A program made the translations under genes and the position numbers. From Salinivirga cyanobacteriivorans (GTDB lineage Bacteria; Bacteroidota; Bacteroidia; Bacteroidales; Salinivirgaceae), in the NCBI RefSeq assembly GCF_001443605.1, contig NZ_CP013118.1:3657659-3689658 (forward strand): a stretch of 32,000 nt of DNA. The letters are read 5' to 3'. The notes under the pieces were generated by a model. The model was not told the DNA's origin. It did not search any database and saw nothing but the letters and a program-made list of their open reading frames with translations. This document shows, piece after piece, positions 16,524 to 25,862 of the stretch (positions are counted from its first letter, which is position 1; each line of letters starts with the position of its first letter).

Positions 16524-17244
16524 TACGGTTACACCATACAAGAACAGGTTGTCGAAGAAGGAGCAGGTGGCTGGTATGTTCAATCACATTGCACCGCGGT
16601 ATGATTTTTTAAATCATTTCTTATCGCTCGGTATCGACCGTGTTTGGCGCAGGAAGGTTGTAAAAAAGTTAAAAGAAAACCCGCCGGAAAGAATGCTTGA
16701 TGTGGCCTGTGGTACTGGTGATCTGGCCATTGCCACAGCAAAAAGAATACCCGATATAAAAATTGATGCAGTTGATATTGCAGCTGTGATGCTGGAGCGT
16801 GCCGGGGCAAAAATAGACCGACGTAACCTTGGTTTTAATGTGCATCTGAATATTGGCGATGCCGAAGATCTTCAATTTCCGGATGAAAGGTTTAATGCGG
16901 TAACTTCGGCTTTTGGAGTCCGTAATTTTGAGGATTTGGAGAAAGGATTGAGCGAAATGTATCGTGTATTAAAAAAAGATGGCAGCATCATTATTCTGGA
17001 ATTTTCACAACCTCGTAAAGGGCTGTTTGCCATGCTTTTTAAACTCTATTTTAATGCAATTTTGCCATTTATAGGAAGAGTTTTTTCGGGTAACAATCGA
17101 GCCTACGCCTATTTACCAGAATCTGTTAATGCTTTTCCTGAAAGAGAAAATTTCGTTAAATTGCTTGAGCAAAGTGGATTTAAAAATAGCTATTTTAAAA
17201 CATTTACTTTTGGAGTGGCTTGCATGTATTACGGAAAAAAGTAA
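16513..17244 (+). CDS. ubiE: Demethylmenaquinone / ubiquinone C-methyltransferase (UbiE/MenG)
   Basis: KKEQVAGMFNHIAPRYDFLNHFLSLGIDRVWRRK is the UbiE N-terminal signature and LDVACGTGDL is SAM motif I. The conserved region begins before the first ATG (16575), so the TTG at 16513 is the most plausible start. Confidence 0.85.
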   Translation: MKSNTVTPYKNRLSKKEQVAGMFNHIAPRYDFLNHFLSLGIDRVWRRKVVKKLKENPPERMLDVACGTGDLAIATAKRIPDIKIDAVDIAAVMLERAGAKIDRRNLGFNVHLNIGDAEDLQFPDERFNAVTSAFGVRNFEDLEKGLSEMYRVLKKDGSIIILEFSQPRKGLFAMLFKLYFNAILPFIGRVFSGNNRAYAYLPESVNAFPERENFVKLLEQSGFKNSYFKTFTFGVACMYYGKK

Positions 17245-17283
17245 ATTCGCACAATAATTGGTCGCCACAACGTTTTAAAATTT

Positions 17284-18003
17284 ATGATTAAGCGCATTAG
17301 CATACTTTGTTTGTTGGTTATTCTTACGCTGGGAGCTTATGCCCAGGAGGGTAAACATGTATGGAACAAGCCGAATTATGATCAATATCCTTTTCATTTC
17401 GGATTTGCCGTGGGCTATAATCAAATGAATTTTAGAATTATACCCCGCGAAGAACTTTTGACCAGTTTTGATACTGTTTATGCTGTAGAGAACAGGCCGC
17501 GTCCCGGCTTTAATATCCATATGGTTGGAAACCTCAGGTTGGGCGAAAATTTTGACCTTAGATTTATTCCCGGATTGGCCTTCGGGCAGCGTGATTTAAA
17601 TTATACCCGTGTCAATACCGTACAATCCGATACAGTGCTCGAAAATCACCTGATGCAGATAGAATCAACCTTTTTATCTTTTCCTTTATACCTGAAATAC
17701 AGGGCAAAGAGGCTCAATAATTGGAGGCCCTACCTGCTTTTTGGCGGAAATTATGCTTTCGATCTCGAAGCCAGAAAAAAGATAAAAGAAGAAGAACGCC
17801 CCAAAATCAGACTCATGCAACAGGATTTTTATCTTGAAGCCGGAGTTGGAATTGATTATTATTTCCCGTTTTTTAAACTGGCTACGGAACTGCGTTTTTC
17901 ATTTGGTATGATGAACGTTATCAAAGAAGACAATACTGAGTATACAAGGTTTTATGACCGCCTCAACTCACGCATGTTTACCTTACTGATTTTCGTAGAA
18001 TAA
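17284..18003 (+). CDS. Small outer-membrane beta-barrel protein, PorT/SprT-like (possible T9SS component)
   Basis: Signal peptide MIKRISILCLLVILTLGAYAQ, 239 aa. Alternating hydrophobic beta-strand pattern (FHFGFAVGYNQMNF, YLEAGVGIDYYF, LATELRFSFGM). Size and N-terminal motif resemble PorT/SprT as I recall them. Confidence 0.55.
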   Translation: MIKRISILCLLVILTLGAYAQEGKHVWNKPNYDQYPFHFGFAVGYNQMNFRIIPREELLTSFDTVYAVENRPRPGFNIHMVGNLRLGENFDLRFIPGLAFGQRDLNYTRVNTVQSDTVLENHLMQIESTFLSFPLYLKYRAKRLNNWRPYLLFGGNYAFDLEARKKIKEEERPKIRLMQQDFYLEAGVGIDYYFPFFKLATELRFSFGMMNVIKEDNTEYTRFYDRLNSRMFTLLIFVE

Positions 18004-18014
18004 AAATATATTTC

Positions 18015-19565
18015 ATGGCCCATCAAATACAATTAACGCTTACTCCGGAAGAGGCAGCGAATTCTGAAATCTATATACCTAAATTCGCAAAAAAGGCAGG
18101 TATCAATGTTGACGATATTGTTAAATTTCAAATAACCTCTAAGTCTATTGATGCACGAAAGCCGCCGGTTAAGGTCAATATGAATGCAAAGCTTTATACC
18201 GATATTAAAGATCATGATTACATTATTGAGCCTTTTGCAGCTAAAGATGTTTCAAAAGCATCCGAGGCGATTATTGTGGGTGCCGGGCCGGCAGGATTAT
18301 TTGCTGCACTAACTTTTATAGAACAGGGAATCAAACCTGTAATTATTGAACGAGGCAAGCGAGTGGGAGAACGCAAACGCGATGTTGCTGCAATCAGTAC
18401 CAAACATTACGTCGACCCCGATTCAAATTATGCTTTCGGAGAGGGAGGCGCAGGCACCTTTTCTGATGGAAAACTCTATACCCGAAGTAAAAAACGCGGT
18501 GATATAAGGCGCATTTATGAGCTATTGTATCTTCATGGTGCTCAGGAGGAAATCTTATATGAGTCGCAACCACATATCGGGTCAGATGTGCTGGCTCAGG
18601 TGGTGGTAAACATCAGGCAAACTATTCTCGATGCCGGAGGAACAATATTATTTCAGCAGCGGGTAACAGATTTAATAACCGAAGGAGAACAGGTTACTGG
18701 CGTAAAGTTAAGCGACGGCCGCACAATGGCCGCAGCTGCTGTTGTGCTGGCCACTGGGCACTCTGCCAGAGATGTATATGAAATGCTGCAAAAAAGAGGC
18801 GTTATGCTTGAAGCCAAAGGGTTTGCCCTTGGTGTGAGGTTGGAGCATCCACAAGAGCTTATTAACCAGATTCAATACCATAGCAATGAACCAGATCCGC
18901 ATTTACCTCCCGCAAGTTATAAGCTTGTTAAGCAGGTTGATGACCGTGGTGTATACTCTTTTTGTATGTGCCCCGGCGGCTTTATTGTGCCAGCTGCAAC
19001 AGCAAACGACCAATTGGTTGTGAATGGTATGTCGCCCTCAAAACGCAATGGAACCTATGCAAATTCGGGAATGGTGGTTGAATTGCGAACAGAAGATATT
19101 CCAAATGCCGAAGAGGATCCACTGGCAGGTATTCGCTACCAGGAGCAACTCGAAAAAATGGCATTCATGAATGGAGGTCAGGGACAGGTTGCACCAGCCC
19201 AGGGTATGGCCGATTTTGTAAATAACCGGGTTTCAGCAGACATGCCTGAGAATTCATATTTCCCGGGTTTAATATCATCCCCGATGCACTTTTGGTTGCC
19301 AGAGCATGTTAGTTCACGTCTTAAAATTGCATTTAAGGCTTTTGGGAAAAAAATGCGCGGTTTTTTAACCAACGATGCTTTGGTTATTGGACTCGAGAGC
19401 AGAACCTCCAGTCCCGTTCGTATTTACCGCGACAAAGAGGCTCTAACATCTTTCCCTTATGATGGTTTGTATCCAACAGGTGAAGGTGCAGGCTATGCCG
19501 GGGGTATTGTCTCCAGCGGACTTGATGGAGTAAGGGTAGCCCGTAAAATAGCTGAAACAATGTAG
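18015..19565 (+). CDS. NAD(P)/FAD-dependent oxidoreductase (COG2509-type uncharacterised FAD dehydrogenase)
   Basis: Dinucleotide-binding motif IIVGAGPAGLFAAL and an N-terminal SIDARK segment typical of this family. C-terminal GEGAGYAGGIVSSGLDG. Confidence 0.8.
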   Translation: MAHQIQLTLTPEEAANSEIYIPKFAKKAGINVDDIVKFQITSKSIDARKPPVKVNMNAKLYTDIKDHDYIIEPFAAKDVSKASEAIIVGAGPAGLFAALTFIEQGIKPVIIERGKRVGERKRDVAAISTKHYVDPDSNYAFGEGGAGTFSDGKLYTRSKKRGDIRRIYELLYLHGAQEEILYESQPHIGSDVLAQVVVNIRQTILDAGGTILFQQRVTDLITEGEQVTGVKLSDGRTMAAAAVVLATGHSARDVYEMLQKRGVMLEAKGFALGVRLEHPQELINQIQYHSNEPDPHLPPASYKLVKQVDDRGVYSFCMCPGGFIVPAATANDQLVVNGMSPSKRNGTYANSGMVVELRTEDIPNAEEDPLAGIRYQEQLEKMAFMNGGQGQVAPAQGMADFVNNRVSADMPENSYFPGLISSPMHFWLPEHVSSRLKIAFKAFGKKMRGFLTNDALVIGLESRTSSPVRIYRDKEALTSFPYDGLYPTGEGAGYAGGIVSSGLDGVRVARKIAETM

Positions 19566-19602
19566 TTTTTGGTTATGCACTAATTCTAATGAATTAAAAT
19601 GT

Positions 19603-21201
19603 ATGCATATAAAAAAATACTTTTCAGGTAATTACGAACAGAATTTATCCTACTGGCTATTATTTCTAACAGTCATCATTACTGTTTTAATTCGGTTTCA
19701 TTTTCTCGAAATCCCCTTCGAACGCGACGAAGGTTCATATGCTTACCTTGGACAGCAAGTTTTAAATGGGAAAGTACCTTACGTTGATTTTTTTGAAAGA
19801 AAATTTCCGGTTATCTTTTACGCTTATGCTGCTATTGTGGCGCTTTTTGGATATTCGCTCACAGGTGTGCATTTGGGTTTTCTGGTTATAAATGTCATCT
19901 CCATAATTGTCGTTTTCCTGATAGTTAAAAAACTGTTTAACCCATTAACTGCATGGATTGCAGCTTCCGCATTTACACTGTATTCTATGAGTCCCTACGC
20001 ATCAGGATTTACGGCACAGTCTGAGCATCTTGTAATATTTTTCCTCCTTTTAGGAATATGGGCAATGGTACATGCTTGCGACAATGGCAAAGCATGGTTG
20101 TACATAGCTTCCGGTGTTGCTATGTCACTTGGTCTTTTGGTAAAACAAAACGGCATTTTTTTTATCCTGTTTTCGGTTATTGCACTTGTAACATGGTTGG
20201 TTAAGCAGCGGCTCAGTACCAGCCAAATTTTTAAATATATAATCTTCTATGCCATTGGTGGAGTCTTTCCTTTGGCTCTGGTGGCATTTGTTTTATGGAT
20301 GCAGGGCGCTTTTGAAGAAATGATATACTGGACCATTTATTCATCAGTAGATTATATTTCAGGATCAGGATTGGATAAGGCTTTTGCAAATATAACCTAT
20401 ATGCTAAAACGCATCAGTCAAACCCACCTCTTAATTTGGGCAACCTCTTTAATGGGATTAATATCTTTTTGGTTTTTGAGGAAACTTCTCCATATCAAAA
20501 TTTTGTTAACCCTTTTCGTTTTATTGTCGTTTGTGTCTGTTGCCCCGGGATTTAGGTTTTTTGGTCATTATTGGCTTTTTATATACCCTGCCATGGCCCT
20601 GTTGTCGGCTATGCTTTTTTATGCTTTGGCTATAATCATCAGAAAAAGCAAATTACCTTTGCTCATGGCGTTTCTACTGATTTTTGCTATGAATATATTC
20701 CAAAATGTAGATTATTATTTTACAGATGATATAAATCAGCCGGTTAAGAATACTTATGGCTCCGACCTGTTTCCTGCCACGAAAAAGCTCTCTGATTATT
20801 TAAACCAACAGATGCAAAAACGCGATCAGCTGCTCGTGCTGGGTTTTGAACCGCAAATCTATGTTTATACCCGAAAGGATGCTCCCGTTAGATTTCATTT
20901 CATGAAGTTGCTCACAAAAATTGAAAACAAGCAACTATACGAGGAGTATAAAAATGCTATGCTGGATAAATTATATGCGAATCCGCCTGATTACATCGTT
21001 TATATGGCCAATTATATGGATAAGGATTACGCTAAAGATTTAAAATCTGGATTAAAACCACTTTTGAAAAAATATGAACAAATAGCTTTGGTTGAATTAC
21101 GCAAGTGGAAAGTAACCAGGTTCTTTTTTAATGAAGGCAGCGGCACAATTAAACACGGTAAAAACTATATCTCTATCCTCAGTAAAAAATCTGAACTTTG
21201 A
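19603..21201 (+). CDS. GT-C fold glycosyltransferase-like membrane protein (ArnT / PMT_2 / GT39-like)
   Basis: About 12 TM segments followed by a soluble C-terminal region of about 150 aa. The first extracytoplasmic loop carries an acidic motif, FERDEGSYAYLG, as in GT-C enzymes. Confidence 0.6.
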   Translation: MHIKKYFSGNYEQNLSYWLLFLTVIITVLIRFHFLEIPFERDEGSYAYLGQQVLNGKVPYVDFFERKFPVIFYAYAAIVALFGYSLTGVHLGFLVINVISIIVVFLIVKKLFNPLTAWIAASAFTLYSMSPYASGFTAQSEHLVIFFLLLGIWAMVHACDNGKAWLYIASGVAMSLGLLVKQNGIFFILFSVIALVTWLVKQRLSTSQIFKYIIFYAIGGVFPLALVAFVLWMQGAFEEMIYWTIYSSVDYISGSGLDKAFANITYMLKRISQTHLLIWATSLMGLISFWFLRKLLHIKILLTLFVLLSFVSVAPGFRFFGHYWLFIYPAMALLSAMLFYALAIIIRKSKLPLLMAFLLIFAMNIFQNVDYYFTDDINQPVKNTYGSDLFPATKKLSDYLNQQMQKRDQLLVLGFEPQIYVYTRKDAPVRFHFMKLLTKIENKQLYEEYKNAMLDKLYANPPDYIVYMANYMDKDYAKDLKSGLKPLLKKYEQIALVELRKWKVTRFFFNEGSGTIKHGKNYISILSKKSEL

Positions 21202-21202
21202 T

Positions 21203-21961
21203 TTAATCCATTGTCCTTCTCCTGAACTCGGCTACCGTTATGGCAGTAGCAATGGCCACATTCAATGACTCCATTCCACTTGTTTCTTCCGGGAAAGAAG
21301 GAATTTTAATTTTTTTCACTTCCGGCATATTTATTTTTTCAGTCAAACCCTGGGATTCATTGCCCATAATGATAAATCCTTTATCAGAAATTTCAGTCTC
21401 GTATAGGTTTTCTCCATCAAGAAGGGTGGCATAAATATTAAAATCTGGTAAATCAGAAGTTTGTGCTATAAGTGTGTAAATATCTGTATAATGCACTTTT
21501 ACGCGAAACAATGCTCCCATCGACGACTGTACGACTTTTGGGTTATAGCACTCAACTGTTTCAGCATTACAAAAAATATGTTGTATACCGAACCAGTTTG
21601 CCAGACGCAAAATAGTACCCATATTGCCCGGATCCTGGATATTTTCCAGTACAAGGCTCAGATTACCGGCAATGGTATCCATTGAAGGAAGCTGCCCTTC
21701 TGGTAGTGCTGCCACTGCGACGGAATTATTAGGGCTCCTGGAAGTGCTGATTCGGTCAAGTTCCTTCGGACTTATATGTTCAATTTCAATAGATTCGGCA
21801 TTTAGCTGCCCCGCATCCACTGCATATACATTTTTTATTTCGAAATCAGATTTTAGCAGTTCATTAACCAGTTTATTTCCTTCCACAATAAACTCTGAAT
21901 TCAGTTGCCGGTATTTTTTCTGATGAAGGCTGCGTAAATATTTGATTCTATTCTTATCCAT
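21203..21961 (-). CDS. TrmH/SpoU-family RNA 2'-O-methyltransferase
   Basis: SpoU motifs LENIQDPGNMGTILRLANWFG, IIMGNESQGL and MESLNVAIATAITVAEF, plus an N-terminal substrate-binding-like region. Confidence 0.82.
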   Translation of the reverse strand: MDKNRIKYLRSLHQKKYRQLNSEFIVEGNKLVNELLKSDFEIKNVYAVDAGQLNAESIEIEHISPKELDRISTSRSPNNSVAVAALPEGQLPSMDTIAGNLSLVLENIQDPGNMGTILRLANWFGIQHIFCNAETVECYNPKVVQSSMGALFRVKVHYTDIYTLIAQTSDLPDFNIYATLLDGENLYETEISDKGFIIMGNESQGLTEKINMPEVKKIKIPSFPEETSGMESLNVAIATAITVAEFRRRTMD

Positions 21962-22053
21962 AGTTAATAAGCAATTGTTTGTGCGAATCTACATAAAAAG
22001 ATTACTGCAGAATAAAATAATTAACGATATTTGGACAGTTTTACTTGATAAAA

Positions 22054-24393
22054 ATGGTTTTTATGAGTCGCAGAACCACTGTAAGGACTCTTTTATTGAT
22101 GCTTTTTGTATTTGCTGCAGTTCATTCTTGCCGTGTGACTCATCATGTGCCCGAGAATGAATTCCTATTAAATAAGGTACATGTAAGTATCGATAACAAG
22201 CGTATAGACGAAGATGATCTTCAGGCTTATGTGCAACAGGAGCCCAATCGCAGGATATTATATTTTTTGCGGTTTCACTTGTGGGTTTACAATATTTTTA
22301 AACCCCAAAACCGAGATAAGGGAATGTTTAACTATATCGCAACTGTTGTCGGAGAAAAACCGGTTATCTATGATCGTTTTTTGGCAGGCAAAACAACACG
22401 GCAATTTGAAAAATATCTCAATAACCGCGGCTACTACAATGCCACGGTAAAAGATTCTACTGCGAAAAATGGGCAAAAACTTGATTTGTATTACATGATA
22501 GAAACCAATGAGCCTTATACAATTAGTTCCATTGAATATGAATTTGCCGATAGCTCCATTAGTTCATTAATCCTGAGCGATACTGCATCTGGATTTATCA
22601 AAAAAGGTGAAATATTCGATGTAAAATCTTTTCAGAAAGAACGTAACCGCATTACCAGACAAATGAAAGAGGCCGGTTACTATTTTTTTAGAAAAGACTT
22701 TATTACTTTCAAAGCCGATAGTACACTTATGCCCAATAGTGTTAATGTGGTTTGTAAAATTGATGAGTTTGTGCGAAAAACAGAAAGCGGTCGTATCATA
22801 CGCGAACACCACAGGCCATGTCGTATTAACGATATTTTACTCTATCCTTCGTTTGACCCGAAGAGAGCCATTACTGAGCAACAAACCTATATAAATACGT
22901 TCGATACACTGCAGCATGAAGAATTTGATGTGATTTATACAGATAAACTCCGCATTAAACCCGAAGTCATATTGCAGGCCAATACACTTAAAGAAGGACA
23001 GGTATACGATATACGTAATGTAGAGGCTACACGCCGTTTTTTGAATTCATTGAGCTTTTTCAAGCTTATTCATATACAGTTCCAACCCGCCGAAACCACC
23101 AGCGATTCTGTTATATGGCTCAATGCACATTATCAGCTAACCCCCTATACACTCCAATCCTACACTGTAGAACTTGAAGGTAGCAATACAGGTGTGAACT
23201 GGGAAGCCGGTTTAAATCTATCTTATCAGCATCGCAATGCATTTAGAGGTGCCGAATTATTAGATGCAAGAGTAAAAGGCGCACTTGAGGCTACACGTGA
23301 TGTTGTTGGCGAAGAGACTTCAGAAAAATTTAGTTTTAATACATATGAGTATGGTGCAGAGTTTAGGTTAGAATTTCCGAAGTTTTTAATGCCATTTCGG
23401 AAAAGGCAGTTTTATAAAAAATATCACCCGCAAACATCTACCACCTTTCAGTATAACTTTCAGCAACGGCCCGACTATACCAGAACACTCCTCAGAAGTA
23501 GCTTCGGCTATTTTTGGAATAGTTCGGCCAATATGCGACATATAGTCACACCCATCGAAGTCAATTCTGTAAGGCTCCCGCGGGCTGATTCCACCTTTTT
23601 GCAGGAAATTGAGAATAACAGCTACCTGCGAAACTCATACGATGACTACTTCATTACCGCTTCCGGCTATCAAATGATATTCAGTAATCAGAATATTCAA
23701 ACAAACAGAAATTATTTCTATGTGAAAACCAACGCTGAATTTTCAGGAAATATTCTCAATGCTATTTATGATGTTACCGATCGTGATACAGTAAATGGAA
23801 GTTATCAGATATTTAATACCAGATATTCCCAATATTTTAAGGGAGATGTAGATGTACGTTTTTATAATGTATTAAACGAGCAAAACCGTATGGTGTATCG
23901 GTTCTTTCTGGGAGCAGGCATTCCCTATGGAAATGCTACCAGTTTGCCATTTATTAAGCAATACTTTGGTGGAGGAGCCAGTGGTATACGTGCATGGCGT
24001 TCAAGAGACCTTGGTCCGGGTACTTACCGCGATACATCGGCATATCCTAACCAAACTGCAGGGCTTAAACTGGAAATGAATATGGAATACCGTTTCCACC
24101 TTTTTTGGATGGTTGAAGGAGCTCTGTTTCTCGATGCCGGAAACATTTGGGCCATTACTGCCGATGATAATCGTGATGGTGCCCGGTTTCATCTTGACCA
24201 GTTTTATAGACAGTTGGCGATTGGTACAGGAGTAGGTGTGCGCTTAGACTTTTCATTTTTTGTGTTTCGTCTCGATGGCGGTCTTAAGTTATTTGACCCG
24301 GCCATTGAAGGCAGCAATAAATGGGTACTGCACGACCGAAAATGGGGGCGAAACGACTATCAAATTCATTTTGGAATTGGATATCCATTTTAA
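22054..24393 (+). CDS. Omp85-family outer membrane protein (BamA/TamA-like; possibly lipoprotein-type TamL)
   Basis: Signal peptide ending ...FAAVHSC. C-terminal surface-antigen barrel motifs GGGASGIRAWRSRDLGPG and FLDAGNIW. The terminal residues GIGYPF form an aromatic beta-signal. Start could be TTG 22045, ATG 22054 or ATG 22063. Confidence 0.75.
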   Translation: MVFMSRRTTVRTLLLMLFVFAAVHSCRVTHHVPENEFLLNKVHVSIDNKRIDEDDLQAYVQQEPNRRILYFLRFHLWVYNIFKPQNRDKGMFNYIATVVGEKPVIYDRFLAGKTTRQFEKYLNNRGYYNATVKDSTAKNGQKLDLYYMIETNEPYTISSIEYEFADSSISSLILSDTASGFIKKGEIFDVKSFQKERNRITRQMKEAGYYFFRKDFITFKADSTLMPNSVNVVCKIDEFVRKTESGRIIREHHRPCRINDILLYPSFDPKRAITEQQTYINTFDTLQHEEFDVIYTDKLRIKPEVILQANTLKEGQVYDIRNVEATRRFLNSLSFFKLIHIQFQPAETTSDSVIWLNAHYQLTPYTLQSYTVELEGSNTGVNWEAGLNLSYQHRNAFRGAELLDARVKGALEATRDVVGEETSEKFSFNTYEYGAEFRLEFPKFLMPFRKRQFYKKYHPQTSTTFQYNFQQRPDYTRTLLRSSFGYFWNSSANMRHIVTPIEVNSVRLPRADSTFLQEIENNSYLRNSYDDYFITASGYQMIFSNQNIQTNRNYFYVKTNAEFSGNILNAIYDVTDRDTVNGSYQIFNTRYSQYFKGDVDVRFYNVLNEQNRMVYRFFLGAGIPYGNATSLPFIKQYFGGGASGIRAWRSRDLGPGTYRDTSAYPNQTAGLKLEMNMEYRFHLFWMVEGALFLDAGNIWAITADDNRDGARFHLDQFYRQLAIGTGVGVRLDFSFFVFRLDGGLKLFDPAIEGSNKWVLHDRKWGRNDYQIHFGIGYPF

Positions 24394-24420
24394 ATGGTAT
24401 GGCAAGATAGCTTAAAATGT

Positions 24421-24428
24421 TATTTTTG
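24421..24428 (+). promoter_or_regulatory. Candidate -7 box TATTTTTG for the NSS transporter gene
   Basis: Exact TAnnTTTG in the 96-bp gap, 62 nt upstream of ATG 24490. Confidence 0.4.
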
Positions 24429-24489
24429 TAGCCTATGAGTTAAATACGTATGCGTGAATCAATGAAATTAGAACATTAAAACAGTTGTC

Positions 24490-25836
24490 ATGAAAGAACA
24501 GGAAAGAGGCAGTTTTACAAGTAAGTTCGGAGTTATTGCCGCTGCAGCAGGTTCTGCAGTAGGTTTAGGAAATATTTGGCGCTTCCCCTACGTAGCAGGA
24601 GAAAATGGTGGAGGGGCATTTTTACTTATATACCTCTTTTTTATACTTGCCATTGGCATACCCGTAATGCTTTCCGAATTTACAATAGGACGAAAGGCTC
24701 AACGTAATGCATTCGGATCTTTTCGCAAATTAGCGCCGGGTTCAGGTTGGCCACTGGTTGGTTTGATGGGTATTGTCGCCGCATTCGTAATTCTGGCTTT
24801 TTATTCCACAATTGCCGGCTGGACACTTGAATATATTATTAAATCTGTTCAGGATGGATTCAGGGGCAACGATACAGCTGAGCTTTTTGAAACCTTTAAG
24901 TCAGGCACCTTCAAGCCTTTACTTTGGCAATTCTTATTCATGGTAGTGACAGCCTGGATCGTTTTTGCCGGGGTTCAAAAAGGCATCGAACGCTATACAA
25001 AAATTCTCATGCCAATACTCGTGGTACTGATTCTTTCAATGTGTGTGCGAGCTGTAACCCTTGATGGTGCAGAGAAAGGACTGAGTTTTCTTTTTAAACC
25101 CGATTTTTCTAAAATTACATTTAATGTAGTGCTTGAAGCCCTTGGACAGGCCGCTTTCTCATTAAGTATTGGTATGGGGGCATTAATCACCTATGGGTCA
25201 TATATACGCAAAAACAATAACCTTTCAAATACTGCAATTCAGGTAGCCTCTACCGATACGCTTATCGCAATTCTGGCAGGTGTTATGATCTTTCCGGCTG
25301 TTTTTGCTTTAGGTCTCGACCCCAAAGCTGGTCCCGGTCTCGTTTTTGAAGTATTGCCCAAGCTGTTTATGAAAATGCCTCTGGGCTACTATTTTTCAAT
25401 ACTGTTTTTCGTATTGTTGGCCGTGGCAGCTTTAACCTCTACCGTCTCAGTTTTAGAAGTAGTGGTGGCTTATTTTTCTGAAGAGCTTAATATGAGCAGG
25501 GGCAAAGCTACCATAATTAGTGCAGCTTCTATTTGGGTCTTTGGAATATTGGCTACATTGTCATTCAGTGACCTGAGCGGGGTAACCATTTTCGGAAATA
25601 CATTTTTTGATCTGATGGACTATATCTCTGCCAATGTATTACTGCCACTAGGAGCGCTTCTGATTGTTATATTCCTTGGTTGGAAACTTGGAAAGAAAGT
25701 TACTCAGCAGGAAATTACAAATGAAGGAGCATTGAGACCAAAATTATTTAGTGTGTTCTTTTTTATTGTAAAGTATATAGCACCTGTAGCTATTGTACTG
25801 GTATTTCTAAATTCACTGGGTATCTTAAAAATTTAA
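24490..25836 (+). CDS. Sodium-dependent transporter, neurotransmitter:sodium symporter (NSS/SNF) family
   Basis: Hallmark GLGNIWRFPYVAGENGGGAFLLIY in TM1, with about 11-12 TM segments. Confidence 0.9.
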   Translation: MKEQERGSFTSKFGVIAAAAGSAVGLGNIWRFPYVAGENGGGAFLLIYLFFILAIGIPVMLSEFTIGRKAQRNAFGSFRKLAPGSGWPLVGLMGIVAAFVILAFYSTIAGWTLEYIIKSVQDGFRGNDTAELFETFKSGTFKPLLWQFLFMVVTAWIVFAGVQKGIERYTKILMPILVVLILSMCVRAVTLDGAEKGLSFLFKPDFSKITFNVVLEALGQAAFSLSIGMGALITYGSYIRKNNNLSNTAIQVASTDTLIAILAGVMIFPAVFALGLDPKAGPGLVFEVLPKLFMKMPLGYYFSILFFVLLAVAALTSTVSVLEVVVAYFSEELNMSRGKATIISAASIWVFGILATLSFSDLSGVTIFGNTFFDLMDYISANVLLPLGALLIVIFLGWKLGKKVTQQEITNEGALRPKLFSVFFFIVKYIAPVAIVLVFLNSLGILKI

Positions 25837-25862
25837 AGTAGTTACTGAACAATACGAAAGCA

